NCBI GenBank assembly: GCA_044870765.1
Contig: JBIOZG010000005.1
Location: 1 to 64,000 of the forward strand
Reading direction: 5' to 3'
Origin: Nitrososphaeraceae archaeon
Lineage (GTDB): Archaea; Thermoproteota; Nitrososphaeria; Nitrososphaerales; Nitrososphaeraceae
DNA: 64,000 bases
Positions within the stretch are counted from its first letter, which is position 1. Every line of letters begins with the position of its first letter. Of the stretch, positions 37,752-48,470 are shown in pieces. The position numbers were made by a program, and so were the translations under genes. A model generated the notes under the pieces. It was not told the origin of the DNA. It saw only the letters and a list, made by a program, of their open reading frames with translations, and searched no databases.

Positions 37752-38708
37752 TCAGCTCGAGTTTAATGATCTCTTTATCGCCATCTGCATTTCTTTTATG
37801 CAGGCATTAGGATTTCTCGGGTCATTTTCCAATCTTCCACCAGAAGCAAATTCATGTCCGCCGCCTTCAACGAGAAACGACGCTACTTCATTACATGAAA
37901 TTTTTTTTGTATTCCTTCTGATGCTTACTTTTCCCTCCTTATTGAAGAGCATAACCAGGTCAATTTTCATTTTGGAGAATATTTCATTGGCAAAAAGGCT
38001 TGCCTGAACAAGTGGGTATGTGAAAACAAATGCCACGTCAAATGAGTTGACTTTCTTAATAACAAGTGTATTAAAGGACTTGCTTTTTTGAAAGTCGCTC
38101 AATTTGGCGAATTTTACGTAATCAAGCTGCATCTCATGGTCCCATAACACTCCTATCGATGCTTTTCGAACTAGAGATTCAAGTTTTTGTCTGGATCTTG
38201 AACTATTTCGGTAAAAATGGATTAATTCAGAGACTCTGGAATCATGATTCTTGACATCCGTCATAAAATCAGAGATATGTGCTATCAGTTTTAGCTGTCT
38301 TGCAATTTTGCTCTTGTTCAGGAGTCTATCATACATGATCTCAGTTGCACATTTCTTTCCAGTGGGGTCGTGATACAATTTAATCAATTTTCGAATTGAC
38401 GCAAGGCTTTGTCTGTGCCAGGGATGATGATCGACCCAAATTATCGACCACCGTCTCGTTTTCAGATATCGAATTGTATCTATGCATAACTGTGATACAC
38501 TATCATCATTTATGCCAAGATCAGAAATAATTACAAGTCCGCCTACTGCCTTTTTTGCTTCATCTTTCAGATAATCAAACATTTTTTTGAAATAATCTAG
38601 ACCGTAATTATAGAAAGAAACATGAGCATTAGGATATTTTATCAAGGCAACAGAAGCAGAATACATACCATCAATATCGGCTTCATGTGAGCATATTATT
38701 ACACGCAT
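37752..38708 (-). CDS. DHH/DHHA1-family phosphoesterase
   Basis: HEADIDG, ISDLG, WVDHH, SIRR, GGGHEFASG. Confidence 0.9.
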   Translation of the reverse strand: MRVIICSHEADIDGMYSASVALIKYPNAHVSFYNYGLDYFKKMFDYLKDEAKKAVGGLVIISDLGINDDSVSQLCIDTIRYLKTRRWSIIWVDHHPWHRQSLASIRKLIKLYHDPTGKKCATEIMYDRLLNKSKIARQLKLIAHISDFMTDVKNHDSRVSELIHFYRNSSRSRQKLESLVRKASIGVLWDHEMQLDYVKFAKLSDFQKSKSFNTLVIKKVNSFDVAFVFTYPLVQASLFANEIFSKMKIDLVMLFNKEGKVSIRRNTKKISCNEVASFLVEGGGHEFASGGRLENDPRNPNACIKEMQMAIKRSLNSS

Positions 38709-38903
38709 TATTCAAAGTGAGTTTGAACTGAATATGTATCTAGTGTCTCATCATTTTCTCAATTTGGCGTCTAGTAATACATGAAAATGATAATCGTTAA
38801 CGAGAGTTGCGCTAACGCCGAATTGGGTAAAATTCATAATGAAAAGAGCCCCCAAGAATAATTTTATATTTAATAGAATCTGTCAGATAATACATTACGG
38901 ATT

Positions 38904-39446
38904 ATGTACTACTCCATTGAAAAAAGAATATCTGCTAGAACTGTATATCTCATAGTTTTTTACATATCCGCTATTATGATGGCCGCTATTACGTTCTATG
39001 CGCTGTACCAGAGTATAATTGAATTTGCAGCCACAGGTAAAATAGTGATAGGAGAAATTCTCGTAAAAACAGAATTTCCATTTAAGGGACTTTCAAAGCT
39101 AGTTACCTACCTGATGATTGTTTCTGTAGTTTCATGGTATTGTGTTACCAAACTTGGTGGTGACAAAGTCAAGGAAGTCTCCCCAGCACTGCGTTCTATC
39201 TTCCAGCTTATCGTGTTAGCAATTGTTGTTATTTCGCTATACGAATTTGTCTATAATTTTGTTGTATGGAGTTCACTAATAACTATCAATGCACTTGGTG
39301 GAAGCATAAATTTGGACAGTATTAATATCCCGTATCCCAATCCTCAAACCCCTTGGAATTTGGTATTTGCTACCAAGATGTCGCTTGCAGCATTTTTAAT
39401 ATCTTCTCATGCGTTTTATATTATTTCAAAAAAGGGCAAGACGTAG
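38904..39446 (+). CDS. Hypothetical 4-TM membrane protein
   Basis: Four hydrophobic segments; YPNPQTPWNLVFATK. Confidence 0.75.
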   Translation: MYYSIEKRISARTVYLIVFYISAIMMAAITFYALYQSIIEFAATGKIVIGEILVKTEFPFKGLSKLVTYLMIVSVVSWYCVTKLGGDKVKEVSPALRSIFQLIVLAIVVISLYEFVYNFVVWSSLITINALGGSINLDSINIPYPNPQTPWNLVFATKMSLAAFLISSHAFYIISKKGKT

Positions 39447-39560
39447 CTCAAAAATACACCAATTATATACAGAATGAAAAGCAAAGCAATGAAAGCAATG
39501 GAGCACGGTAAACTTTAGGCAAAGTTATATGCCCGTTTTTTACTCACAGAATATAGCAAT

Positions 39561-40019
39561 ATGGCTTCTACTGATAATTCTAAAGACCAAGTCTCAGCTG
39601 AACAAAAAGTTAACGAGATGATTCAACAATCAAAAATTCTTGAAGCTTATATGAATGATATTTTAACAAAAGAATCGACAGTTAATAGACTAATTGCAGA
39701 AGCCCATCTGGCTTCTGAGGCAATTCAAGAATTATCGTCTTCCGCTAAGCAGGAAGAATCTCTTGTCCCAATTGGAATTGGTATTTATCTTAAAGTGTCT
39801 GTCCCTGCAGTAACTAATCTTCTAGTTAACGTAGGTTCGGGTGTTACTATTGAAAAGTCGAAAGAAAACACAAAGAATTATGTAGAGTCAAAAATCAAGG
39901 AATTTGAGCTTGCATCAAAACAATTACAATCACAGAAAGAACAGGTGGCGATTCGTATGAATCAACTCCAAAACGAAATAAATTCTGAAATTCAAAAATC
40001 ACAGCACACTCCAGCTTAG
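39561..40019 (+). CDS. pfdA: Prefoldin alpha subunit
   Basis: Coiled coils around LVPIGIGIY and LVNVGSGVTIEK; adjacent to ftsY. Confidence 0.93.
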   Translation: MASTDNSKDQVSAEQKVNEMIQQSKILEAYMNDILTKESTVNRLIAEAHLASEAIQELSSSAKQEESLVPIGIGIYLKVSVPAVTNLLVNVGSGVTIEKSKENTKNYVESKIKEFELASKQLQSQKEQVAIRMNQLQNEINSEIQKSQHTPA

Positions 40020-40041
40020 TTGGATTCAGGTTGTTCTCCGT

Positions 40042-41484
40042 TTGTTTGAAAAGTTAAAAAAAATATTCTCTGAAACCGCAAAGAGTCTTGGTCAAAAATC
40101 AATTTCTAAAAAAGAGATTGACAGTATCTTTGACAAATTGGAGATAAGTTTAATGGAAAATGATGTAGCTCAAGAAATTGTAGACAAGCTAACATCCAAA
40201 ACAAAAAATGAAATACAGAATTTGAAATTGGAACGGTCAGAAGATTCAGAGCAGGTAATAACAACAAAATTATATTCTTTTCTATCCGATTTATTTTTAT
40301 CAACAAATAACAAGACAGATATCATTCAATCCATACTGGAGAAGAAGAGATCCAAATCAGGACCATATTCTATTATCTTTCTTGGTATCAATGGAACAGG
40401 AAAGACTACTACTGTTGCAAAATTCTGTAAATTGTTGAGAGATCATGGTGTATCGGTCGCGCTGGCAGCTGCAGACACACATAGAGCTGGGGCTATTGAA
40501 CAGATAACTCATCATGGTGACAATCTCAATGTTAAAGTAATCACACAAAGATATGGGGCTGATCCATCTGCTGTCGCAAGGGATGCATTGGAGCACGCTC
40601 GAAAGAATTACATTGACGCTGTTTTAATAGACACAGCTGGCAGAATGCAGACTTCTAAGAACCTCATGGAGGAAGTCAGCAAGATAATTCGAGTTATAAA
40701 ACCTGATATGAAAATATTCGTTGGTGATTCCTTAGCAGGTAACGATACTGTTAACCAGGCAAGAGAATTCTTTGAGTACACTAATTACGACGGGTCCATA
40801 TTGACTAAAAGTGATGCTGATTCCAAAGGCGGGGCAGCTATTTCAATTGCTTATTTAACTCATAAACCCATTTTATATCTAGGAGTAGGACAAGGATATG
40901 ATGACCTGGCTGAATTTGATTACGACGCATTTCTTGATTCAATTTTCAAAGACAGATCATATGAAAAAAGCGGCGACAACCTGAAAGAATTAAAAGATGA
41001 TATTTTCGAACAAGAAACTTTTAACGATGTTCCCAAAACAGAATCACAAACTGATGAGAGTACTCTTGAAACATTAATCCCTGATACCAAAAAGTCTGTC
41101 GAATCTGATAAGTTGCTCGCGTCTTCTACAATAGCAGCGACAACTAATCCTATTGAGATTGACAAGGAGTTTGGTAGAAGCGAAATTACTAATGTTGGGA
41201 AGGAGGATCCAAATATTAGTAATAAAAAGGACAAAATCGATGATCGATTAGTAAAACAGAAAAATGAAATAAAAGCAAAAAAGGGTTCCTTTTTGAGATT
41301 TTTCAAAGAGAAAGATGACAAACAACAAGAAGTCCAAGATAATATCAACAAAGTTAAACAAAATGAAGATAAAGATATAAAAAGAAAAAAAGATAAAGAC
41401 ACAAGTAAGAAAGTCGCTGAAAGCAAAAGTGAGGATGAAGTAGTATATTTAACTGATGATGATATAGATGATCTTATTAAATAA
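40042..41484 (+). CDS. ftsY: SRP receptor FtsY with long charged C-terminal extension
   Basis: GINGTGKTTT, DTHRAGA, DTAGR, TKSD, KGG, GVGQGYDDL. Confidence 0.95.
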   Translation: MFEKLKKIFSETAKSLGQKSISKKEIDSIFDKLEISLMENDVAQEIVDKLTSKTKNEIQNLKLERSEDSEQVITTKLYSFLSDLFLSTNNKTDIIQSILEKKRSKSGPYSIIFLGINGTGKTTTVAKFCKLLRDHGVSVALAAADTHRAGAIEQITHHGDNLNVKVITQRYGADPSAVARDALEHARKNYIDAVLIDTAGRMQTSKNLMEEVSKIIRVIKPDMKIFVGDSLAGNDTVNQAREFFEYTNYDGSILTKSDADSKGGAAISIAYLTHKPILYLGVGQGYDDLAEFDYDAFLDSIFKDRSYEKSGDNLKELKDDIFEQETFNDVPKTESQTDESTLETLIPDTKKSVESDKLLASSTIAATTNPIEIDKEFGRSEITNVGKEDPNISNKKDKIDDRLVKQKNEIKAKKGSFLRFFKEKDDKQQEVQDNINKVKQNEDKDIKRKKDKDTSKKVAESKSEDEVVYLTDDDIDDLIK

Positions 41485-42412
41485 GAAATATCTAACCAGC
41501 ATTGCCGATTTAAGTGAGGAAGAGATCCTCAATCTAATTTCGTATGCAATTGAATTAAAAAAGAATCTTAATCATGGCAACAATAATGTGGAAAACCAAT
41601 CTTTGGCAGGGAAAAGTCTTGCATTGATGTTCGAAAAACCCTCAACTAGAACGCGCTTGAGCTTTGAAACTGCAATGTTTCAATTGGGTGGTAATACCAT
41701 TTATCTGAATTCTAATGATCTTCAGCTATCCAGAGGAGAATCAATCCAAGATACTGCCAAAACCATATCATTGTACGTTGACTGTTTGGTGGCAAGAGTT
41801 TATTCCCATAAAACAATTGTTGAATTGGCACAAAATTGTAAAATTCCCGTAATTAATGGATTATCTGATTTGTATCATCCATGCCAGATCTTGGCTGATC
41901 TGATGACAATATTGGAATATAAGAAGAGCTTCAGAGGATTAACGCTTTCATGGATAGGTGATGGAAATAATGTTTGTAATGATTTACTAATAGGATGCGC
42001 AAAAATGGGATTGAATATCAAAGCTGCAATTCCAGAAGGATACGATCCGCCATTAGAGATACTTAAAATAGTAACACGGGAATCTAAATTAAAGGCAACA
42101 GATTTTACTATTCTACGAGATCCAATAGAAGCAGTAAAAAACGCCGATATTGTCGTAACAGACACTTTTGTTTCTATCGGGAAAGAAAAAGAAGATGAAA
42201 AGAGAAGATCGACTTTTATTCCAAAATATCAAGTAAACGACAAACTAATGAGCTACTCGAAGGACGATGCAATTTTTATGCACTGTTTGCCTGCAAAAAG
42301 GGGTCAAGAAGTAACGTCAGAAGTGATAGATGGAAGCAAATCTGTTGTTTGGGATGAGGCAGAAAATAGATTGCATGTTCAAAAATCTCTGTTGCAAAGT
42401 TTTCTTAGCTAA
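41468..42412 (+). CDS. argF: Ornithine carbamoyltransferase
   Basis: STRTR, HPCQ, GDGNNV, HCLP, AENRLH. Confidence 0.96.
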   Translation: MILLNKKYLTSIADLSEEEILNLISYAIELKKNLNHGNNNVENQSLAGKSLALMFEKPSTRTRLSFETAMFQLGGNTIYLNSNDLQLSRGESIQDTAKTISLYVDCLVARVYSHKTIVELAQNCKIPVINGLSDLYHPCQILADLMTILEYKKSFRGLTLSWIGDGNNVCNDLLIGCAKMGLNIKAAIPEGYDPPLEILKIVTRESKLKATDFTILRDPIEAVKNADIVVTDTFVSIGKEKEDEKRRSTFIPKYQVNDKLMSYSKDDAIFMHCLPAKRGQEVTSEVIDGSKSVVWDEAENRLHVQKSLLQSFLS

Positions 42413-42625
42413 TTTAAAGTACAAAGTAAGAATAAAAATACATAAAATTATTATGATCAATTTTATAGGACTTATTGGAATTTCGTTGGCTAAATCAGGA
42501 CCATTAGCAATGCTGACTAATTTTGCTTCTTACAATAACTCTGATTAAAACTCATTTTTGAAAATAACCAATACTAATAGTTTATGATACTTGCGAATGT
42601 GAAAAGTCATCGCTCGTGTTTATTG

Positions 42626-44119
42626 CTATTTTAGATTTGAATGTGTCACAATATGCTTTATTGTATCTTGTATGTTCTCGTTTACGAGATCTATACTTTC
42701 TTTCTTTTTCTGAACATCATTTGAATATCTATGTAATAGTAACTTGCGTTTCCTTATTATTATAGTCTGCTCTTTAGGATTTGGAGAACCTTCAGAATGG
42801 CGGACTCTAATAGATCTCTTGGAGTCAATCTCTCTTATTGTTTTGAGTAGTTTATCTACAGTGATATCGGCTTTAACTTTCGACAGAATATCTTTAATTT
42901 CGCTACCTGATAAAGACCTGAAAGGTATCTCGTCATTGTTACTTATCGACCGATTAACTAGCGCTCCAACCAATTTATGAGCGGTTCTAAAAGGTACTTT
43001 GTATCTAGTAACCAATACTTCTGCGATATCTAGAGATATTGCATAACTTTCGTTTGACGCTCTTCTCATTACATCTTTTTTTACTATTAGATACTGAATG
43101 ATGTCATTCATGATATTTAGTGACGAGACTACTAATTCGACAGAGTTCCAAAAGGGAATCTTTGTATCCTGCAAGTCCCTGCTATAGCCCGAAGGCAGTG
43201 ATTTTAGTATCGTCAAAATGGTTGTGAGATTTCCAATCACAATTGCCGTTTTGGACCTTGTTATTTCAAGTGGATCAGGGTTTCTCTTCTGTGGCATGGC
43301 GCTTGATGTTGAAGCATGTCTATCACTGATTTCTATGAAACCGAACTCTTGGGAGGACCAAATAATAAAATCTTCCGAAATTCTACTCAACGTTATCATT
43401 ATTGAAGACATAATTGATACAAGCTCTACCATGAAATCTCTTGATGATGTTGCATCTATCGAATTAGATATTATATTATCAAAACCGAGCAGTTTTGCCG
43501 TCATATTTCTATCAAGTGGTAAAAGTGATCCTCCAATTGGGCCGGCACCTAATGGGGATTGATTTAACCTATCATACAGCGAAAACAACCTATCTATCTC
43601 TCGTATAAGGCCATCAGAATATGATAGCAGATAGTGGGCAAAGTTTCCTATCTGTGCTTGTTGCAAATGCGTATAAAGAGGCATTATTGAATCTAGATTG
43701 TCTTCAGACTTTGCTATTAGTACTTTTATTAAATTAATTAGGTGAACTATGACATTTATTGTATCATCCCTTGCCTTAATTCGGATATCTGTAACAATTT
43801 GATCATTTCGTGATCTGCCTGTCTGAACTTTACCCCCCACATTGATTCCTATCTTTCTTATCAAGTGGGTCTCAAGCGCCTCGTGAATATCTTCATATCC
43901 TTCTTTCGCAAGTTTTTCTGGGTAACGCAATACACTGTCCAACTCTCGTATCAAGCGTGCAACATCATCCTTGTCTAATATGTGAATATTGTAAAGCATT
44001 ATCACATGGACCTTGGTACATAAGATATCATAATAGAGAATCTTATCATCTATATCAATGGATGAAAGAAAATTTAATATGCGCTTATCTAGATCTTCTT
44101 TGTGCCTCGATCTATACAT
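42626..44119 (-). CDS. argH: Argininosuccinate lyase
   Basis: GRSRNDQ, YTHLQQAQ, SSAMPQKRNPD, PFRTAH. Confidence 0.96.
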   Translation of the reverse strand: MYRSRHKEDLDKRILNFLSSIDIDDKILYYDILCTKVHVIMLYNIHILDKDDVARLIRELDSVLRYPEKLAKEGYEDIHEALETHLIRKIGINVGGKVQTGRSRNDQIVTDIRIKARDDTINVIVHLINLIKVLIAKSEDNLDSIMPLYTHLQQAQIGNFAHYLLSYSDGLIREIDRLFSLYDRLNQSPLGAGPIGGSLLPLDRNMTAKLLGFDNIISNSIDATSSRDFMVELVSIMSSIMITLSRISEDFIIWSSQEFGFIEISDRHASTSSAMPQKRNPDPLEITRSKTAIVIGNLTTILTILKSLPSGYSRDLQDTKIPFWNSVELVVSSLNIMNDIIQYLIVKKDVMRRASNESYAISLDIAEVLVTRYKVPFRTAHKLVGALVNRSISNNDEIPFRSLSGSEIKDILSKVKADITVDKLLKTIREIDSKRSIRVRHSEGSPNPKEQTIIIRKRKLLLHRYSNDVQKKKESIDLVNENIQDTIKHIVTHSNLK

Positions 44120-44249
44120 GGTTAAAACAAACGCCTAGACTTATTTATTGATATTTATGACCTGGTTATTTATTTTCATTCCAGTTATCCAATTATTTTA
44201 ACAAAAAAAATCAATAGTTATATAGTATAAAAATAAATTCATTAAACAT

Positions 44250-44567
44250 ATGAGTCAGGAAATTCAGCAATTACGAAAATCAATATTTGATGAGCTCACA
44301 AAAATCGTAGATCCTGAAATTGGAGTTTCCATCATGGAACTTGAATTAATTGATAAGGTCGACATTGAAGAAGGGAAGGTAAAAATAGATTTACACTTGA
44401 CAAGTCCGTTTTGTCCTGCCATATTTGGTTTCAAAATAGCTCAAGACATTCGGGACAATGTCTACAAAATACAGGGTGTTACAGAATCAAAGGTAAATGT
44501 GAGTAATCACTTCATGGCTGACGCCATAAACAAACAAGTTAATGAAAGCAAATTACCTTCAAAATAG
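44250..44567 (+). CDS. Metal-sulfur cluster assembly factor (DUF59/MIP18)
   Basis: IVDPEIGVSIMELELI, LTSPFCP. Confidence 0.9.
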   Translation: MSQEIQQLRKSIFDELTKIVDPEIGVSIMELELIDKVDIEEGKVKIDLHLTSPFCPAIFGFKIAQDIRDNVYKIQGVTESKVNVSNHFMADAINKQVNESKLPSK

Positions 44568-44608
44568 TTTAGGGTTAAAAAGATTTTGAAATTTTGAATT
44601 GAACTATA

Positions 44609-45451
44609 TTAGCTATTGCTATCAATAGTGCCATCTTCCGTGTTTGCGTTATTGTTTATTTCAATTCTTTTTGCTGGGACCTTATCGTTCTTGGATATGC
44701 CTAGCATGTAGGATCTTAATAGCTGTATTCCTAGAGCAGGATCTACTCCTTTAGGACATACTTTGCTACATGAGCCAGCAAAATGACATCGCCATATTCC
44801 ATGTCTATCATCTACAATATCCAATCTATTCTTGGATTCATCCCTTGTGTCGGCAAAATATCGGTATTGTTGCGCCAAAGACTGTGGTCCGGGAAATTTC
44901 ATATCAGTTCCAACAGTAGGACATGCAGAATAACACAAACCGCATTTTATACAGTAAGAGAACTGTAGATACTTATCCACGTCTTCTGGCGATTGGTAAA
45001 ATGAAAAAGTCCCTTTCTTAGTATCAGTTTCTAAATTGTCTTTGGCTTGTAAATAAGGCTGCATGTCTTTATGATGAGTGAAGAATCGTGAAAAATCAGT
45101 AACAAGATCTCTTATAATTGGAAAATTTGACAGCGGTTCGCATTCAATAGTTGATGTTTCCAGTTCAGAGATTTTTGTATAACAGGCCAGTTTTGGGATC
45201 CCATTTATTTTCATTCCACAGGAACCACATGAGGCCATCCTACACGAGTATCTTATGGCAACGCTTGAATCTATGTAACTCTTTACATATAATAGAGCAT
45301 CAAGTACGGTTGTCCATTTTCTGTACGGGACTTTAAAAGTGTCATAATGGGACCCCGTTTTCTGTGACCTGTTTTCTCTATATACTTTTAATGTTATCCG
45401 CTGCTCATTTATGTTATTGTCATTGTTATTGTTGTCAGCCGTATTGCTCAA
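44609..45451 (-). CDS. sdhB: Succinate dehydrogenase Fe-S subunit
   Basis: SCRMASCGSC, CIKCGLCYSACP, CHFAGSCSKVCP. Confidence 0.95.
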   Translation of the reverse strand: MSNTADNNNNDNNINEQRITLKVYRENRSQKTGSHYDTFKVPYRKWTTVLDALLYVKSYIDSSVAIRYSCRMASCGSCGMKINGIPKLACYTKISELETSTIECEPLSNFPIIRDLVTDFSRFFTHHKDMQPYLQAKDNLETDTKKGTFSFYQSPEDVDKYLQFSYCIKCGLCYSACPTVGTDMKFPGPQSLAQQYRYFADTRDESKNRLDIVDDRHGIWRCHFAGSCSKVCPKGVDPALGIQLLRSYMLGISKNDKVPAKRIEINNNANTEDGTIDSNS

Positions 45452-45457
45452 TATCTA

Positions 45458-45817
45458 TTATCCCAATCCATTTGCCAATATTATTGTTCTAGTCCCATAT
45501 GCAATCAGTGCAATCATTGCTGAAATTGTCACAACAGTAACCATGTTTTCCCAGGCCCTGCTTTGTCTCAACTCTAATAATATTATTCTTACTCCGTTAA
45601 AACCATGCACAGAAATTAGGACAAGAATTGATTCTAAAATTAAAACATAGACTAAATTCTTGTAATTAGCGATAATGTAATCATATTCAAGACTCAGTTC
45701 AAATGGGACTACTAGTCTCATTAAGATATGAACTGCAACAACAAATATTGCAGCAATACCTGTAATGTAGTGAATTTTCATTATTTGGCTTTCTTTTAAT
45801 AGTGTGTGGCTTTCCAT
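45458..45817 (-). CDS. sdhD: Succinate dehydrogenase membrane anchor
   Basis: 3 TM; HYITG, HGFNGVRIIL; operon position. Confidence 0.85.
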   Translation of the reverse strand: MESHTLLKESQIMKIHYITGIAAIFVVAVHILMRLVVPFELSLEYDYIIANYKNLVYVLILESILVLISVHGFNGVRIILLELRQSRAWENMVTVVTISAMIALIAYGTRTIILANGLG

Positions 45818-45827
45818 GATTGATTGA

Positions 45828-46274
45828 TTACACTCCGAACAAGACGTTAAAGCCGTAGTACATTGCTACTGCAGACAAAATTAATGCTATCCATATTCCG
45901 GATTTTTGTCTGTAATTTAGTGATGCAGGGCTGTATGGGTAGTCTGGTCTTCCGGGAGTTCCCAGTCCGATACCTACATGGGTAAAGACGAGTCGAATCC
46001 CATTTGCAGAATGAAATGTACTAGCACCAATTACCATAATTAGAAACAGGTGTCCCCATACTGTTTGAGTTAATTCTAAAAATGATTCCCATGCATTCTG
46101 GCCATTAACTATAGTACTTGTTTCATACACATGTCCAATAAAGTAGATTAAAAGAAAAACTCCAGTTAATCTCTGAAACCAGTAGGAAATTCGCTCCCAA
46201 CCATACCTAGAAGGATTAAGCCATCCTCCTATTCCTTCCAAGTTGTTACGAGTCGGCTGTTCTATCTCTTTCAT
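45828..46274 (-). CDS. sdhC: Succinate dehydrogenase cytochrome b subunit (ATG 46274 overlaps sdhA TGA)
   Basis: QRLTG..GHV, FHSANGIR; TGATG coupling. Confidence 0.88.
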   Translation of the reverse strand: MKEIEQPTRNNLEGIGGWLNPSRYGWERISYWFQRLTGVFLLIYFIGHVYETSTIVNGQNAWESFLELTQTVWGHLFLIMVIGASTFHSANGIRLVFTHVGIGLGTPGRPDYPYSPASLNYRQKSGIWIALILSAVAMYYGFNVLFGV

Positions 46275-48001
46275 CAGTATTTTCTCTCTGCTGGAATATA
46301 TCTTGTCAAGGTTACAGAATGCCACGAAAAGTGCGGTTCATCTTCGCCTTTAAAGTATGCCAGTGTATGTTTTAGGAAATTAACATCATCTCTGTTAGGG
46401 TAGTCAGTCCTAGAATGCGCCCCGCGTGATTCCCTCCTATTCAAAGCTCCAACTAATATTATTTCTCCCACCCTCAATAATGAATCTATCTCCATTACAT
46501 TAATGAAATTTGTATTATATTCCTTGGCGCTATCATCAACATGCTTCCATGCTGAATTCTGAAGTTCTCTAACTTTTTTCAAGCCTTCAATGAGTTTGCT
46601 TTCATCTCGGAAAATATAGGCCTTGACGTCCATCATATCTGTAAACTCCTTTCTAATATCATATGGGTTGACTTGGCCTCTTCCACGGAAAATACCATCA
46701 AATATTCTCTTTTCTTCAGATTCAATCTTATTTTCTGCAATGGTTGTTGTTGTGCCTGCCTCTTTCTTCTTTTCAGCGTAATTTGCAGCCATTTTTCCTG
46801 TTATGCTTCCCCATACCAAGCATTCTGAAGTAGAGTTTGCTCCAAGCCTATTTGCCCCGTGCAGGCTATTGCAGGCTGCTTCACCTGCAGACCACAAGCC
46901 ATTCAATTCAGTTTGACCATCGATGTTAGTGTGAATGCCACCCATCATGTAATGACAAACAGGCCTAATTTCTATAGGCTCACTTATTATATCGACCCCT
47001 GAAAATTTGAAACCAATCTCTCTAATGCCTGCTAACTTTTCTTTTATGCGCTCTTCGCCCAAATGAGTGAGGTCTAACTTTAGACAGTCTACTCCAGTTT
47101 CGTGTTTAAAACCCCTTCCATTTTCAATTTCCTTTATCATTGATCTGGAAACAACGTCACGGGGAGCCAGCTCTAGTTTTTCTGGTGCGTAGTTTTTCAT
47201 GAATCTCTCGCCTAAATTATTTATCAAATATCCGCCTTCTCCTCTGGCGCCTTCTGTTATGAGAATACCTGATGGAAGAATCCCTGTTGGGTGAAATTGG
47301 ACAAATTCCATGTCCTTCAGGGCCAAACCTGCCCTATAACCCATATCCAGACCATCCGGAGTGGAGGAGTAGGCATAAGTTGAAAAGCTATAAAGTCTTC
47401 CTGCACCACCGGTGGCGATAATTCCAGAATTAGAGTCAAACACATAAAAGTTTCCACTTTTCATCTCTATAGCAGTAACACCGGAAAAGTTATTGTTACC
47501 ATCATCAAGTATTGATGTGCAAAACCATTCATTATAAAAATGGATGTTATCATATTTTAGACACGTATCGTACAGTGTTTGCATTTCATAAAAACCAACT
47601 TTGTCTTGCGCATAGGTAGCCCTTGGGAAAGAATATCCACCAAATTTTCTTTGATCGATTCTGCCATCATCCCTTCTTGACCAGGGCATTCCCCACTTGT
47701 CCATTTGGTATATCTCATTTGGTATTTCATGGGCTAGTTTTTCAGCTACATCTTGATCGCACAGGAAATCACTACCCCTTATGGTATCATATATGTGGGA
47801 CTCGATATTGTCTCCCTCATCAGAAAATAAGACCGCTGCCGTTCCACCTTCGGCAGAGACCGAATGTGATCGCATAACCTGGACCTTTGAAATTACTCCA
47901 ATATTCAACTTGTCATTTGTCACTGCAGCAGATATAGCGGCACGCAATCCTGCCAGGCCCGTGCCTATGATAAGCATATCGTGAGAAATATGGTCTGTCA
48001 A
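46274..48001 (-). CDS. sdhA: Succinate dehydrogenase flavoprotein
   Basis: GTGLAG, RSHSVSAEGG, QFHPT, ELAPRD, HYMMGG, HGANRLG, ESRGAH. Confidence 0.97.
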   Translation of the reverse strand: MTDHISHDMLIIGTGLAGLRAAISAAVTNDKLNIGVISKVQVMRSHSVSAEGGTAAVLFSDEGDNIESHIYDTIRGSDFLCDQDVAEKLAHEIPNEIYQMDKWGMPWSRRDDGRIDQRKFGGYSFPRATYAQDKVGFYEMQTLYDTCLKYDNIHFYNEWFCTSILDDGNNNFSGVTAIEMKSGNFYVFDSNSGIIATGGAGRLYSFSTYAYSSTPDGLDMGYRAGLALKDMEFVQFHPTGILPSGILITEGARGEGGYLINNLGERFMKNYAPEKLELAPRDVVSRSMIKEIENGRGFKHETGVDCLKLDLTHLGEERIKEKLAGIREIGFKFSGVDIISEPIEIRPVCHYMMGGIHTNIDGQTELNGLWSAGEAACNSLHGANRLGANSTSECLVWGSITGKMAANYAEKKKEAGTTTTIAENKIESEEKRIFDGIFRGRGQVNPYDIRKEFTDMMDVKAYIFRDESKLIEGLKKVRELQNSAWKHVDDSAKEYNTNFINVMEIDSLLRVGEIILVGALNRRESRGAHSRTDYPNRDDVNFLKHTLAYFKGEDEPHFSWHSVTLTRYIPAERKY

Positions 48002-48133
48002 ATAACTATTGCAACCTCATCCATCCATCCATTATCCTTTACGATGACCTCTATATTCAGCAGTAAATATATTATTCTTTTTCAGAGAAATAAAACCTAA
48101 TGCAGCAGGAATGATTGAAGATACACTTTAATT

Positions 48134-48415
48134 GTGAGAGCTATTTTTCCCAGTCAGATGAGCCTAAATTGCACTGGCAAGGTGCTCTTGACAACCAATA
48201 CTTCAGACGATGTCATAGCGCTAGCTGCCAAGAGGAAATTGATTGAAAACGGGATACAAGAATCACAGATAACATTGGGTCATGATATACAAATCCTGGA
48301 AAAAGACGATTTTTATGTTAGCTATGATCCGCCAGATTTGGTCATAAGAATTGTATATGATAAAAAGCCAAATGGTATGATAAAAATGAAGAATATAAAA
48401 ATGATTAAAATTTAA
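48134..48415 (+). CDS. Hypothetical protein (start may be ATG about 48158)
   Basis: Fills the gap between sdhA and hisS; protein-like composition. Confidence 0.6.
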   Translation: MRAIFPSQMSLNCTGKVLLTTNTSDDVIALAAKRKLIENGIQESQITLGHDIQILEKDDFYVSYDPPDLVIRIVYDKKPNGMIKMKNIKMIKI

Positions 48416-48470
48416 ACCAAAGGCTCACAGTATTAAATGAAACGAATAAGAAATTTTGAATTACATTTGT

